Positions 12,464 to 25,576 of a DNA stretch of 64,000 nt are shown one piece after another; within the stretch, counting starts at the first letter, position 1; each line of letters opens with the position of its first letter. Source of the DNA: Octopus sinensis (taxonomy: Eukaryota); the NCBI RefSeq assembly GCF_006345805.1, contig NC_043001.1, positions 132,494,001-132,558,000 of the forward strand, read 5' to 3'. Under the pieces are notes generated by a model. The model was not told where the DNA came from, ran no database searches, and saw only the letters and a list, made by a program, of their open reading frames with translations. The position numbers and the translations under genes were made by a program.

Positions 12464-13294
12464 AGGGTGTATCAATAAAGTGCTTATTTAATTGGCACCT
12501 GCATAAAATATTTGCTCCTTTATATAGTATTGACACAAAACACTGAATTTCTTTTATGGCACTCAATTTTTTTTTAAATCATCTAAATGGTACCAAAATA
12601 ACAATCAATACTCATGCTTTAATTTTTTTTTTTTAACAGCTAGTCAAAAATTGACTTTGATCTGTAAACCTCCTTACCCACAAATCTTTTCTCATTCCAC
12701 ACTTCAGACAGGAGATAACCTTGTGTGAAATGACCCCATTGTTGCTGATAGGAGTATTTCTTCAGTGCCAAAGTTATTTCTTTGTTCACCGAAGCACAAA
12801 GCACAAACAGAATCCTTCAAAAATCTAAGGCAGTGATTCATTTAGAAGCTCAGTAGATTACATCATTTTTAATTTGTATTAGAAGCCAAAAAAGAAAGAA
12901 AAAATAGTATTTTTTTATGGATTTCAAATATGCAAAATTCAGCCAAATTTTCTCACATCTCCTTTGAAATTTTAAATTATTTAAAATCCATGTTTTTGAT
13001 GCTTTTAAAAATATTAATTTGATTGAATTCTAATAGTGATTTAAAGACTCTTGTTCTTTGTTACACTCTGGCTGTGTTTTTAGATCTAGTCGAATACCAA
13101 TTAGTATGTGTGTGAGAGGAATGAGGGAGCTGTAGTACAATCCATACCACCGGCGAAGAATATTGGCATTAATTGGTAGCTATGGTAATCAGGAATAGCA
13201 CCAGCTTCAAAACCTATTGCTCAGCACTGATTTAGACATTTTCTTAATCCATTGGGCATTATAAATATATATATATATATATGCATACATATAC

Positions 13295-13372
<78 letters not shown>

Positions 13373-13756
13373 TGCATATACATATATATGTGTATATATA
13401 TATGTATACAAACACACACATGTACACACACATATTCACACACACATACACACACAAAGAAAGAAGGAAAGACATGCTGTTATTCCTTCCTCTTACTTTT
13501 CTTTGTGTTGCAAGAGGAGTTAAATTCAGAGATTTAATTTATGCAAAGTCCTTGCTGTAATTTACATCGCTGCATCTAATGGGGATTTAATTCTTACTTT
13601 CCCCTTCTATTCATCCTGTTGTCAATCAGATAGCTCCGGCTATTGTTTCTCCAAACCATTCTTTTCTTTACTATATGTCCAGCCTTTTATTTTGTTCAGC
13701 ATTTGATTTTTATTCATATCAGCATATGTGCTACAAAACCATTTTCTCCTTTCACA

Positions 13757-13793
<37 letters not shown>

Positions 13794-15390
13794 GTTCTTT
13801 TCCTAATTCATGGGATCAAGAACACTACTTCGTGCTTTTTAAGATTTTTTTTTAATATTTATTTATTAGTGTATTTTCTTCAAAATTTAGCTTAATTTTG
13901 TTTTCATTTTTCAGTAAAAAATTACCACCACACACCACCAACACTGCCAACAAAACAAGAAGAAATAAAAAAAGAAAAAGATATTTAGATGAGTTTCAAT
14001 TTACTATATTATCATGTATCACAAACATTCACTTTATGATTATGTCCTTTAATTATCTTGCGGGCAACTAATTTCAAAAAGACCTTTAATGCTCTGATGA
14101 AGTTGAATTAATGTGCAATTCCATACCATAGGGGAGTATATCTACAAAAGCAGACCTATCCAAAAATAGCCTTAAATAATCAAGCAATCATATTTTTTAA
14201 ACAAACTGCAATAATGTGTTTTTAATCAGATATATTTGTCAAAATAAATGTTTTAGCATAACTTTACACATTGATGTTCAAAAGAATTTCTAACAATGTA
14301 TTTTATTCCATTTTAATTCATTATAATTTTAGTTGAAATAAAAACACAATTCACTTCATTTCTTTTTGCATTTCAATAAAATTTATGCACAGAATACAAT
14401 CCCAGATACCATTTCATGACATGCAAATCTTAATATATGTCCATATCAGTATATTACATGTGTATGTACTTATACATATGTATATAAATGTATGAAATAC
14501 AGACATATATACATATGTATAAGTATATATGTCTGTCACTTATTTTATGGGTGTGCATGTATATGTGTCAATATGTGCATATATATATATATATGTTTGC
14601 TTTGAGGTTTATTAAAATTTTTCTAATGGAGTGCAAGCTGGTCACTAACAAAGTGACAAAAACTTGTTTTTATGCATGTATTATGTAAGTATTTATTTAT
14701 GTATGTATACATTGATTGCTCTTTTTCTGACTTTATTTAATGAACTGTGGCCATGCTGTATATTAAGTCACTATTTCACTCTTCGTAGCCCCAAAATTTA
14801 CATTCTTCAATAAGCTACTGTTACCTATCTTATGTAATTAACGTAGCTTCATTTCAAATATAAACAAATAAAGTATCAGGATCCGTAGAAAACCAAATTA
14901 AACACACAAAAGAAGACATTTAATCAGTTACTCCCTTGTTCTAAATTTATATATTCACCATAGTTAAATGTCCATTTCTTTCCCCAGGTGACAATAAAAT
15001 AACTACCAGTCATGCATGGAGGTTGTTTATACACAACCCAAATCTACAAGTACATGTCCACTCTTCAAATTTTAAAAATAAATCGATATATCTTAACTTA
15101 TATTTCTATTTCAGGAAAACTTTGTATTTCATCAATCTTGTATGGTGAATTGGCAGAATTTAGAGTGTCAAGCAAGATGCTTCTTAGTATCCAATTCAAT
15201 TTTTGCATTCTGATAATAATGCCTGCAACAATACTGATGCCAAGCATTGGTATCGTGGTGAAGGGAAACTTGCATGCCTGGGTAACTGCCAGCCTTTTTT
15301 ACAAAATAAATAAATCTTGTGCAAGCCTACACATACATATGCAAATGCATAGTCTATCGTGGCCAATGAGGGACCTATATACATAAATAA

Positions 15391-15500
<110 letters not shown>

Positions 15501-15523
15501 TGTAATATTAATATAAATAAGCA

Positions 15524-15740
15524 AAGGCAGTGAACTGGCAGAATTGTTACCATGCTGGGAAAATGTTTAGTACCATTTCGTCTGTCTTTACATACTGAGT
15601 TCAAATTCCACTGAGGTCGACTTTGCCTTTCATCCTCTCAGGGTGGATAAAATAAGTATCAGTTGATCACTGGGGTTGATGTAAACAACTTACTCCTCCC
15701 CAACAAATTGCTGGCCTTATGCCAAAATTTGAAAGCAATA
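15524..15740 (+). mobile_element. tRNA-derived SINE family B, diverged
   Basis: GAACTGGCAGAATTGTTA..GAGTTCAAATTCC..GGTCGACTTTGCCTTTCATCCT core. Confidence 0.8.
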
Positions 15741-15920
15741 TTAATGCTAAACAGATCAGAAATACATCTGCTGCTGTGTAGGATACCAGCCAGTTTTCCA
15801 GTAACATTTCCAAACAGCCTAATTCTGATTCCAAGAAGATTGACAGAGTGAGGAAAGTATGGCTAATGCTCAGTTCAAATGAACTATGAATTATGCGAAA
15901 TTAATACCTAAGAATGCCTT

Positions 15921-16299
15921 TCTTTTTCTTTTTTCTTTTTTACTTGTTTCAGTCATTTGACCGCGGCCATGCTGGAGCACCGCCTTTAGTCGAGCAAATT
16001 GACCCCGGGACTTATTCTTTGTAAGCCCAGTACTTATTCTATCGGTCTCTTTTTGCTGAACCGCTAAGTGACAGGGATGTAAACACACCAGCATCGGTTG
16101 TCAAGCAATGCTAGGGGGACAAACACAAACACACACACATATATATATAGATATATACGACAGGCTTCTTTCAGTTTCCATCTACCAAATCCACTCACAA
16201 GGCATTGGTTGGCCCGGGGCTATAGCAGAAGACACTTGCCTAAGATGCCACGCATCTACTTGCCTAAGATGCCAAGCTACTTACCACACAGCCACTCCT
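15921..16299 (-). mobile_element. tRNA-derived SINE family A
   Basis: Minus-strand head AGGAGTGGCTGTGTGGTAAGTAGCTTG; internal (TG/TA) tract; ACAAGTAAAA tail; B-box region replaced by a 17-bp local duplication. Confidence 0.9.
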
Positions 16300-16533
16300 T
16301 ACCTCTGCAACAAATCTATTTCTCCTTACAATGAGACAATCCTTAATTGAGGGTCCTCAATTAGAAACTGGGTCCTCATTTATTCCATAAATTCTTTTCA
16401 ATAATTTATCATTTTTTTTCTTTTTCTTTCATTTTTTTTTTGTCATATTGGCTAGCTGGAAGTTTAGCAAAGAGTGTGTTACTGAGAAAATGTTAGAACA
16501 TTTGTTCTAAAACAAATTTGTTTATTTCTTCTT

Positions 16534-16912
16534 CTTGCTAACCAACCACATGGTTCCGGGTTCAGTCCCACTGCGTGACATCTTGGGCAAGTGTCTTCTG
16601 CTATAGCCCCGGGCCGACCAATGCCTTGTGAGTGGATTTGGTAGACGGAAACTGAAAGAAGCCTGTCGTATATATGTATATATATATATGTGTGTATTTG
16701 TGTGTCTGTGTTTGTCCCCCTAGCATTGCTTGACAACCGATGCTGGTGTGTTTACGTCCCCGTCACTTAGCGGTTCGGCAAAAGAGACCAATAGAATAAG
16801 TACTGGGCTTACAAAGAATAAGTCCCGGGGTCGATTTGCTCGACTAAAGGCAGTGCTCCAGCATGGCCGCAGTCAAATGACTGAAACAAGTAAAAGAGTA
16901 AAGAGTAAAGAG
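16534..16912 (+). mobile_element. tRNA-derived SINE family A (5'-clipped)
   Basis: GGTTCCGGGTTCAGTCCCA B-box, CTTGGGCAAGTGTCTTC CORE-like segment, (AAAGAGT)n tail. Confidence 0.9.
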
Positions 16913-18097
16913 TTATGTTCGTAATTTCTACATTTGCATCTCCAATCAGAATTTCCAGGCACTTTTTTTTTCCCTTACATAAGAAATAAAAATAATTTTT
17001 TTTTTTTTTAAATCTGTCATTAAAAATATAATGAAGAAATCTATAATGAAAGATTAATAACCTTTTTCTGAAACAGTAACTACATTAGCAACAATAACGA
17101 TAACAGTAATAAAACACAACAACAACAATTACGATGATGATGATGATGTTGATGATGATGATGATGATGATGAATAAAATCCATATATGTGAAATGACAA
17201 GTATATGGGGAGATGTAGAATGCGAGTGTGAGAGATGGGGCTGAGGGGGAAAAGAGTGTAAATAAGCAAAGCTAATAAGCTGAGTTCAATTAAAGAGGCT
17301 GATAATACCGCTTCTGTCACCTACAGGGAAAAGCAAGACCGTTATTGAAACCATGTACAGGTTTCCATTGATTAGTTAATATCATTTACAAACCATAACA
17401 CTTCTAATAAAATTTCACACACAACTCTTACTTTTGTTTCTGCCCATGGTGCAGAGATTTGAGAGCATTTCTGCAACAATTGAATCTCATATTGCTTTTG
17501 TTCATACTTATAAATCAATATTTATTTTGCCAAAGAACAAACTGTGAGTTGTATCAAGTTTTTCAATGATAATAAAAGTAAAAAGGATAAATTCCGAGAG
17601 CAAATAGCGTAAGCATGGAATAAATTTGCTGTAAATATAATCAAAGTTTTTAATGATATAATCCTAAAGCAAAAGTAGGTACTTGTAATATATAAAGCTC
17701 TGCATGGAAAAGGCTATTTACTTAAGCAGTAAGAACGTTGAGTAAAGAAAGGAAGGTATATATAACTACATATTTATATAAAACTATTAAAGGGCTCGAT
17801 AAGAGATGAAATCTTCATATCAAATATATCTAGCTATTTAAGGAAATTGCTTTTCATATAAGAATACTTGAAATTTATCAAACGCAAGAAGTTTACAACT
17901 CTGCAATATACTTGGTCAGTAATATACAAATGAATAAGCAAAAATTCTTTCTGAATTAAATGCAAGATGAAGAATATCTTGCTTGACACCCATTTGGCTT
18001 TAGGTTCAACCCCATTGTGTGGCACTTTGACAAGTGCCCTCTATTATAGCCTCAGATCAAGAAGGCCTTCTGAGTGGATATATATAGCCATTCATAC

Positions 18098-18478
18098 ATC
18101 ATCCTCATCCTCCTCATCATCGTTTAATGTCTGTTTTCCATGCTGGCATGGGTTGGACGGTTTGACAGGAGCTGACCTGCTGAAGTTGCTGTTCAGGCTC
18201 CATGTCTGTTTTGGCATGGTTTCTGTGACTGGATGCCCTTCCTAGCAGCAACCACCTTACTGGGTGTACTGGGTGCTTTTATGCAGCATCAGCATGGATG
18301 CTTTTGATGTGGGCACTTATGAGCTTGCAAGATTAGGGATGCTCAACTGAAGAGGATAGCAAGGGATGAGCCTGTATGCGAGATAACCATGCTTTTACTT
18401 AGCTTGATATGTCTTTTCAGGCACAGCAAACTGCCAGGAGCTCAGTCCCCTGTCATATCCACTGTGACTCCCTACGTT
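18098..18478 (-). mobile_element. RTE LINE 3' UTR fragment
   Basis: (CAT)n-like tract followed by GTTTAATGTCTGTTTTCCATGCTGGCATGGGTTGGACGG, the reverse complement of the RTE 3' end. Confidence 0.75.
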
Positions 18479-18947
18479 TATAATAATGAAATTATTGTAT
18501 ACAGTGCTCAGGTGCACCACAACTTGTCCCTCATGTGATGCACCATTTTACATAATTTAGGTACATCATTCGGTTCTGTAAATGCTGCAGTGGCAACCGG
18601 TGCAGAAGGTTTTCTCATATGGGCATTTTGTCCATGCTGGGATGATTTGAACAGTTTGACAAGCCACAGGGCTATGTTGGACTCCAATATCAGTTTTTGC
18701 ATGGTTTCTATGGCTTGATGCACTTCCTAGCACCAACTGCTTTGCAGTGCATATCCAGTGCATTTTTTGTGACACCGACACTAACATGGTCATCAAGTAA
18801 GTTGCAAAGCAATGAAAAGAAAGGAAAAAGCACACCTACATGAATGGGAGTGCATCGGAGAGAGGAGAAGGTAGCATTATGGCAGGTATTGAGGGCTAAA
18901 TGCAATAGATAGACAAGCACAGATGTCTTGCTATAGAGGAAATACCT

Positions 18948-19174
18948 ATTTCTTTACTACCCACAAGGGGCTAAACACAGAGGGGACAAACAAGGAGAGA
19001 CAAACGGATTAAGTCGATTATATCGACCCCAGTGCATAACTGGTACTTAATTTAGCGACCCCGAAAGGATGAAAGGCAAAGTCGACCTCGGCGGAACTTG
19101 AACTCAGAACGTAATGGCAGACGAAATACGGCTACACATTTCGCCCGGCATGCTAACGATTCTGCCAGCTCACC
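18948..19174 (-). mobile_element. tRNA-derived SINE family B with 18-bp target-site duplication
   Basis: Full head-to-tail copy; GCTATAGAGGAAATACCT at 18930-18947 and 19175-19192. The core GCCTTTCATCCTTTCGGGGTCG resembles conserved metazoan SINE central domains. Confidence 0.92.
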
Positions 19175-20745
19175 GCTATAGAGGAAATACCTGGCACCCT
19201 TCTGCATTCTATGATGGTAGATGAGAGTTGCTACAAAGATGATAAAGATGCTGGTGACAGAGTGCTAGGATGTACCTTCAAGATACAAGAAGATGAATAA
19301 AAAGGAGAATATAGTCAGTGGATTAGCAGGAAAGGAAAGGGTTTGTCCAGTGTTTTTATTTCTAATACATTTAAAGTATATGATTTTTGTGCAGTTATAT
19401 TTCATTATCTCATCTTTTATTTGAGGAGATATCTTGACTGACATAATTCAAAATTATGAAAGGTTTTGATGAAAGGAATCTCACTGCAGATTACACCTAA
19501 TACACAAGATTATAGACAGACACATAATGTAAAACTATATTATAGATTTGATATTTAATTAATACATACATCCCACTCATCTGAAATGCACATGCAATAT
19601 TGTAGAAACACATACACAAACTCATATAAATGATTATTCTTGGTCATCAATAAAAAATTTGTATTCCAAAGTGACATCAAAAAAAAAAAAAAACCCAAGA
19701 TGATTACCATCTATAAAATTAGAAAATTTCCTAATTTTTTTTCTAATTTAGCGGATCCAAAAGAGAGAATCTGTTAAATTGTTAAATGCTATTTAAGCAA
19801 TTACTAATTACCAATTGCTATGAGTCATCCTCTAAAGATTTCATGGAAGATTTCCTACTACTATGACTAAGCAAGTTTAGATTGGTCTGGTGCCGTAGTC
19901 AAGCTTGCAAGCTCTAGCTTTGAACACCTTACGTAAGTTGCATAGAAGCACATTGACAAAGTTATAACCAGTTAGCTGATGTCATTGTATTTGGTTAATG
20001 AACTGTAATATCATCTCTCTCACTTTTCATAATAATCTCCCAAGGATCTTCTCCAGTTCCTTTCATTTTCAACCATACACATCTCATTTTAGAATTATTT
20101 CTCTAGCCAACAAAGACCAACTAATGGAAATTTAAAATAAAAAAGCAAAACACCAGCATTAACACCCCATTTAAATCATTTCTATTATGCTATTACCACC
20201 TAAACAATATTATGTAACAAGAAATGGTTACTTAAAATTGAGGCATGAGATGTTCCTTTGTTTTATTTCTAAAAGAATATAATAAAAAAAGAATTGTGAG
20301 AAATAGACACTCTTTACAAATACAGCATGAGTAAAATAGTTGTTCTTTCTCTTTACAACTGTATATTTATATATTTATATATATTTTGATAATTATACGA
20401 AGTCAAATATCTTTGTAAAAGTTTAATGACAGGTAGTATATAGGTAGTTATTTAGCTATTTCTCTTAATACCAGTTAACAGTAAAATGAAGATGTATAAG
20501 TTGTAATAGTTATTTAGCCAAGGTTCTATCCAATTAGACACTCATAAAACCAACAGTTTTCCAGCTTTGCCCATCCAATTTTAGAGGAAACATTTATCCC
20601 CACTTAAATGTGGCTGTTCTGTGAGAACAAACTATACTGTGGTAGATATCATGAGAGAAACTCTTATTTTGGCTTTAGGTGTAAAATGAACTCTTGTTTA
20701 TGTGGCTAGTAGAGAGCTAGATCCCTTCCACCTCCAGTACCAAGA

Positions 20746-20792
20746 CCACCAGATCACGTGATTTCGACCTTCCTTTGTTTTGTCAATGATGG
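20746..20792 (-). ncRNA. Minimal type I hammerhead (U3:A8 variant), stem II damaged
   Basis: CCAUCA-UUGACAA-AACA AAGGAA GGUC-GAAA-UCACGUGA-UC/UGGUGG; palindromic stem III. Confidence 0.6.
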
Positions 20793-21101
20793 ACGCTTGA
20801 CCACTAGAGATAGCAGTGACTCATACACCCATCAATGATATATAGAAAAAATAGTGCTAGAACAGTGGCTGGTATTACAATTAACCAGTGAGCTTGTTAA
20901 AAAATATATATTAGCAACAGAGGCAGTATATATACTGAGATGTAATATTTATCCCCACTTAAACATGGATGTTCTGTTAGAACAAACTATACTGTGGTAG
21001 ATACCATGAGAGAAACTCTCATATTGGCTTTTGGTGCAAAATGCACTCTTATTTATATTGCTAGTGGGGAGATAAGTCTCCAACACTTCCAGCACCGAGA
21101 T

Positions 21102-21147
21102 CACCAGATCATGTGATTTCGACCTGCCTTGGTCTTGTCAATGATGG
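21102..21147 (-). ncRNA. Minimal type I hammerhead (U3:A8 variant)
   Basis: CAUCA-UUGACAA-GACC AAGGCA GGUC-GAAA-UCACAUGA-UC/UGGUG; all three stems form and the cleavage triplet is AUC. Confidence 0.75.
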
Positions 21148-21774
21148 ATGCTTGACTGCTAGAAAGAGTAGATATTCTATTTTAATTCAAATGGCATGAA
21201 CCTGACTACATTATCACTGGGCTCTTTTCTTTTTTAAGATGTAATGTAAAGGCAGTATGGTTGTTATTTGTAACTGGTGCAGTAATTATATAGAGATTCC
21301 TTCATTCTATTAGGGGGCAATATATTTTCAGCTAAATGTATTGAAACAAGTGTTAGTACTACTATTATGCTCCTTAGTTAAATGCTGAGCAATCTACCTA
21401 TAAGTGATGGGATTTGAACTTAGAAATCAGTTCAGCATGTTAATCCACATGAATTATTTACTGTTATTTTCAAATAAGAAAAATGAGATAAAAGAACAAA
21501 CTTAAAACTTGAAAAGTAAAATTAGAAAACAAATTCAGCATTTACCAGTTAAGATCTACACACCTTTCTATTGGTTATCTTAAACAAAGATAATCAGAAA
21601 AATGTGTGTAACTAAAATGTGGGTAACACTGTAGAGCAAGTAACACAGTTTCAATTCCTAGAAGTAGATTTACTTCACTTAAACAGTTACTGTTCTTGAG
21701 AAAGGTATGACTGATAGAAAATTTCATGCGTGTTACATTGAGGAAACCAATAATCATAACTACAATATAATGAA

Positions 21775-22156
21775 CTAGCAGTATCGCCCGGCGTTGCTCG
21801 GGTTTGTAAGGGAAATAACTATATAAGCATTTTTAGAGAGTTATAGCCAAAAAATAACAAAAAATGCATTAAAAATGGAAAAAAAATGATGGTAATTTTT
21901 TTTTAAATCGTAGACATTTTTAGAGAGTTACTTCCCTTATATGATAGCGAAAAATGCATTAAAATGGAAAAAATGATTTAAATTTTTTTTTAAATCGTAG
22001 ACTCATCGTAGACGCGCGCTAATACCCAGAAGGGCTCGATATGAATCATGACTATAAGATACCCGGTTTTGGTTAAACTGCACCGCAAAATGTGGGAGTA
22101 GTTAGGAATCTAAATCGTAGGAGACAGACACACAACTTCTCTTTTATATATAAAGA
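21775..22156 (-). mobile_element. Non-autonomous Helitron
   Basis: Minus strand 5' TCTTTATATATAAAAG ... 3' hairpin CCCGAGCAACGCCGGG then CTAG; inserted between A and T with no TSD. Confidence 0.88.
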
Positions 22157-22885
22157 TATTGTAAAGTATGTTTGGCAAAATAAATATTGCTTTCAGTTCA
22201 AAGTTAAAAATACAAAATGAATCCGGAGAAGATTTGAACTCAAGATACAAAGAAAGAGACAAAACTAATAACAGCTCAGCAAATTTCTACCAATCAAGAT
22301 GCTCACTTCATAACTATGTGGCTTAGGGTATAATTCTACTGTGCGGCACATCAAATAGCTATCTTCTGTCATTGCCTCAAGTAATCTGATACCTTGTGAG
22401 CACAATTTGGGAGACAGAGACTGTACAGAAGCCTGTTGAATATGCTTTACTTGCTTCATGATTGAATACTAGAAAATTTAATTGACAACAGATATATAAG
22501 TGTTCATCATGTATTGACTATTAAAAAATAGTCAAATATTGGGGCATATAAGCCCTCAAGAGAAAAAAGATGGGTATTAATACATGTGGGAAATGAACCT
22601 ACACCTCTTATTTTCCCATTTATATATCTATCTGTAGGGGTACAGTATTAAAGGAGGTGGCTTTGTGCCAGTTGTTGAAAGGCCAAAGTATGATAGAGTG
22701 ACATTGAAGCCTGATGTAACCCTCTGATGTGTCAAATCCTGTTGAACCATCTAACCAATGGTAGCATCATGTATATATGTATGTATGTATGTATATATGT
22801 ATGTATGTATGTATGTATGCATGTATGTATGTATGTATGTGTGTTTGTATGTATGTATGTATGTATGTATGTATGTATGTATGTA

Positions 22886-22932
<47 letters not shown>

Positions 22933-22939
22933 ATGTATG

Positions 22940-23338
22940 TATGTATGTATGTATGTATGTTCAGAAATAAATAGCCAACATCCTAGTCTTTGTACTGCTC
23001 TTTTGCACTATTTAGCTACATGTCTTTTGAATTCTGAGTTCAAACTCCATCCATGTGAACTCTGCTTTTCCTGATTCTGAAGTTGATCAAATCAATACTA
23101 GTCAGCTTGGAATCAAATTTTCTGTTCAGGATCTTGTCTCAAACATTGGATATCATTCTTATAATGGCTGAATCAGCAAGGTAACATACTGAATGCCTTG
23201 TAGCATTTTAATTATGTCCTTCTATGTTCTGAGTTCCAATCTTTCTGAAGTTAACATTGCCTTTCCTTCCTCTGGGGTTGAGAAAATAATTACCAGTCTA
23301 TTGCTGGAGTCAATGTAATCGAGGATACTTTTTGTCCC
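22940..23338 (+). repeat. Donor copy of a local ~400-bp duplication
   Basis: Near-identical to 24700-25087; consists of (TATG)n plus old SINE-B fragments. Confidence 0.9.
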
Positions 23339-24380
23339 CAAAATTTGTGGTCATGTCCCTATGTTAAAAATCATCATCATCATAATTATCATCACCATCA
23401 CCACCACCACCACCACCACTACCACCACCACTACCACCACCACTGCTGCCACTGCCGCCACTGCCATCACCATCATCATTATCTATAGTAGCAGCAGCAG
23501 TAATATCATCATCTTCATCTTTATTTTACTATGAAGAAAATATATTCAGAATTAAGTTCTGAATATTTTTCCATATTTTTATGCAGTTGCTGAGATCCTA
23601 TCGCTATCAATAATCAAATAATCAATCAATAAGATATAATAATTCATTTTTTTTCCTCTATCAAACAAATCACTGTTATACATATATATTCCAAATGCTC
23701 CATAAATACACTTGTTATGAGAGAAAAGAAAGTTATAATTACAATAAATTTTAGATGATAAAATTCATTTCGACAAATGTAAAAAGAGAAAAATTAAATT
23801 TTTTTTTGTTTTTTCCTATAGTTAGTTCCAACATTTTTTCTATCATGAATATTTCTTATAATTTTGAGAAACCAAAAATATCAATTGTGAATTAAACTTC
23901 TATATTTTTAGACGGTATTAACATGATCATTATAAGTCTCTTATTGCTATCTTTCTTTTGCTAAAATATATATTATATATAAAATATATAAAAAAACAGA
24001 TGATATTGATTTCTTACATAGACACAAGGCTTCAGATGTATAGGAAGAAAAGAAAATGAGATTGCATGATATTCATGAGTTTTTCAATATATTGGCAATG
24101 TAAGTGAAATAATAAGACTGCACTGTCAAGGATCAAAACTGAGTCACAAGTCTGGCTTCCAAAGAGAAAACCATAATTCTTGGTGTATGTTAAACTATTG
24201 TCAGTATTCTACCAGACAGAAATTTGAGGATAGTAGCTACATTTAAAAGGAAATAATTGGTCATCAAAGAAAGCTTTGTATTTTTTGTATAGTTTTAAGG
24301 AAAAATTAGTCAATCAGAGACCATCTCTCTCTACAAACTATCTACCACATCCAGATTGTAAGTTTGGAGACAAAGAATTG

Positions 24381-24605
24381 TTAATCTTTTAGCATTTAAA
24401 CTGGCCACACCAGGTTCCTATGTTCTACTTGTTTTATGTTCAAACCAGCCATATTCAGTCTCTCACACCTACCATACAATGTCATTCTAAAAATATACAA
24501 TCAGATCATTGAAATCTTGAAGCTATGAGAAAAAGCAGGAATATTTCAAACCAATTCAAATAAACAAGTATTGTTTGACAGAGTAATCTGACTGCTAAAA
24601 TGTTA
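24381..24605 (+). mobile_element. Degraded TTAA MITE (family of 43266-43491)
   Basis: TTAATCTTTTAGCATTTAAACTGGCC...TCTCTCACACCTACC..TACAATGTCATTCTAAAAAT. Confidence 0.7.
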
Positions 24606-24665
24606 GAGGGCTCAAACAGCATTTGAAATTGCATCACTGCTTTTACTTGTTGGACACTTATCTAT

Positions 24666-25087
24666 GTATGTATGTATGTGTGTAATGTATGTATGTATGT
24701 AAGTATGTATGTATGTATATTCAGAAATAAGTAGCCAGCATCCTACACTTTGTACTGCCCTTTTGCACTATTTAGCTACATGTCTTTTGAATTCTGAGTT
24801 CAAACTCCATCCATGTGATTTCTGCCTTTCCTGATACTGAAGTTGATCAAATCAATACTAGTCAGCTTGGAATCAAATTTTCTGTTCAGGATCTTGTCTC
24901 AAACATTGGATATCATTCTTATAATGGCTGAATCAGCAAGGTAACATACTGAATGCCTTGTAGCATTTTAATTATGTCCTTCTATGTTCTGAGTTCCAAT
25001 CTTTCTGAAGTTAACATTGCCTTTCCTTCCTCTGGGGTTGAGAAAATAATTACCAGTCTATTGCTGGAGTCAATGTAATCTAGGATA
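24666..25087 (+). repeat. Inserted duplicate of 22.9-23.3 kb flanked by 34-bp direct repeats
   Basis: CATCACWGYTTTTACTTGTTGGACACTTATCTAT at 24632-24665 and 25088-25121 (2 mismatches). Confidence 0.85.
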
Positions 25088-25576
25088 CATCACAGTTTTT
25101 ACTTGTTGGACACTTATCTATACACAATGGCCCTCAAGCATAAATCATATTAATTTTGTCTAAGACCTCAATAGATAAACTGATTCAAAATTGGAAACAA
25201 AAGCAAATAAACTTTATATTATACTGAAAGTTATACTCTGTACTACTAAACTAGTTCACAAATTTGAATTAGTTTATGCAGAGGGAAGATGTGAATTTTA
25301 CATCTTGGATAAAACTTTTCTTTGCAATATCTTGCTAAGTACAGATAAATGGAATGTTAAGCAGAATAAGTTATATCATTTTATTTTTTTACTTGATTTA
25401 GTTGTTGGGATGTGACTATAATTTTTAATTCTATGTTACTCTTCCTTCTCCCCATCCCAACCAACCTCCCACACTGTCCCTTAAAATACAAATCAACCCC
25501 TGAATTTATATTTCAAGTCCAGTCTTTCTTGTTTCTTTTTGACAAAATGCTAACTTATGGTGATGTAAACAAATCA

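Larger units (their letters stand above)
20592..21165 (-). mobile_element. ~355-bp partial tandem dimer carrying hammerhead motifs (retrozyme / Penelope pLTR-like)
   Basis: ATTTATCCCCACTTAAA at 20592 and 20947; an HHR motif in each repeat. Confidence 0.75.

Noticed and set aside
12678-12815. Possible minus-strand exon with GTAAG donor (ILFVLCASVNKEITLALKKY...)
   Set aside because: Weak acceptor, no recognisable protein similarity and no partner exons found.
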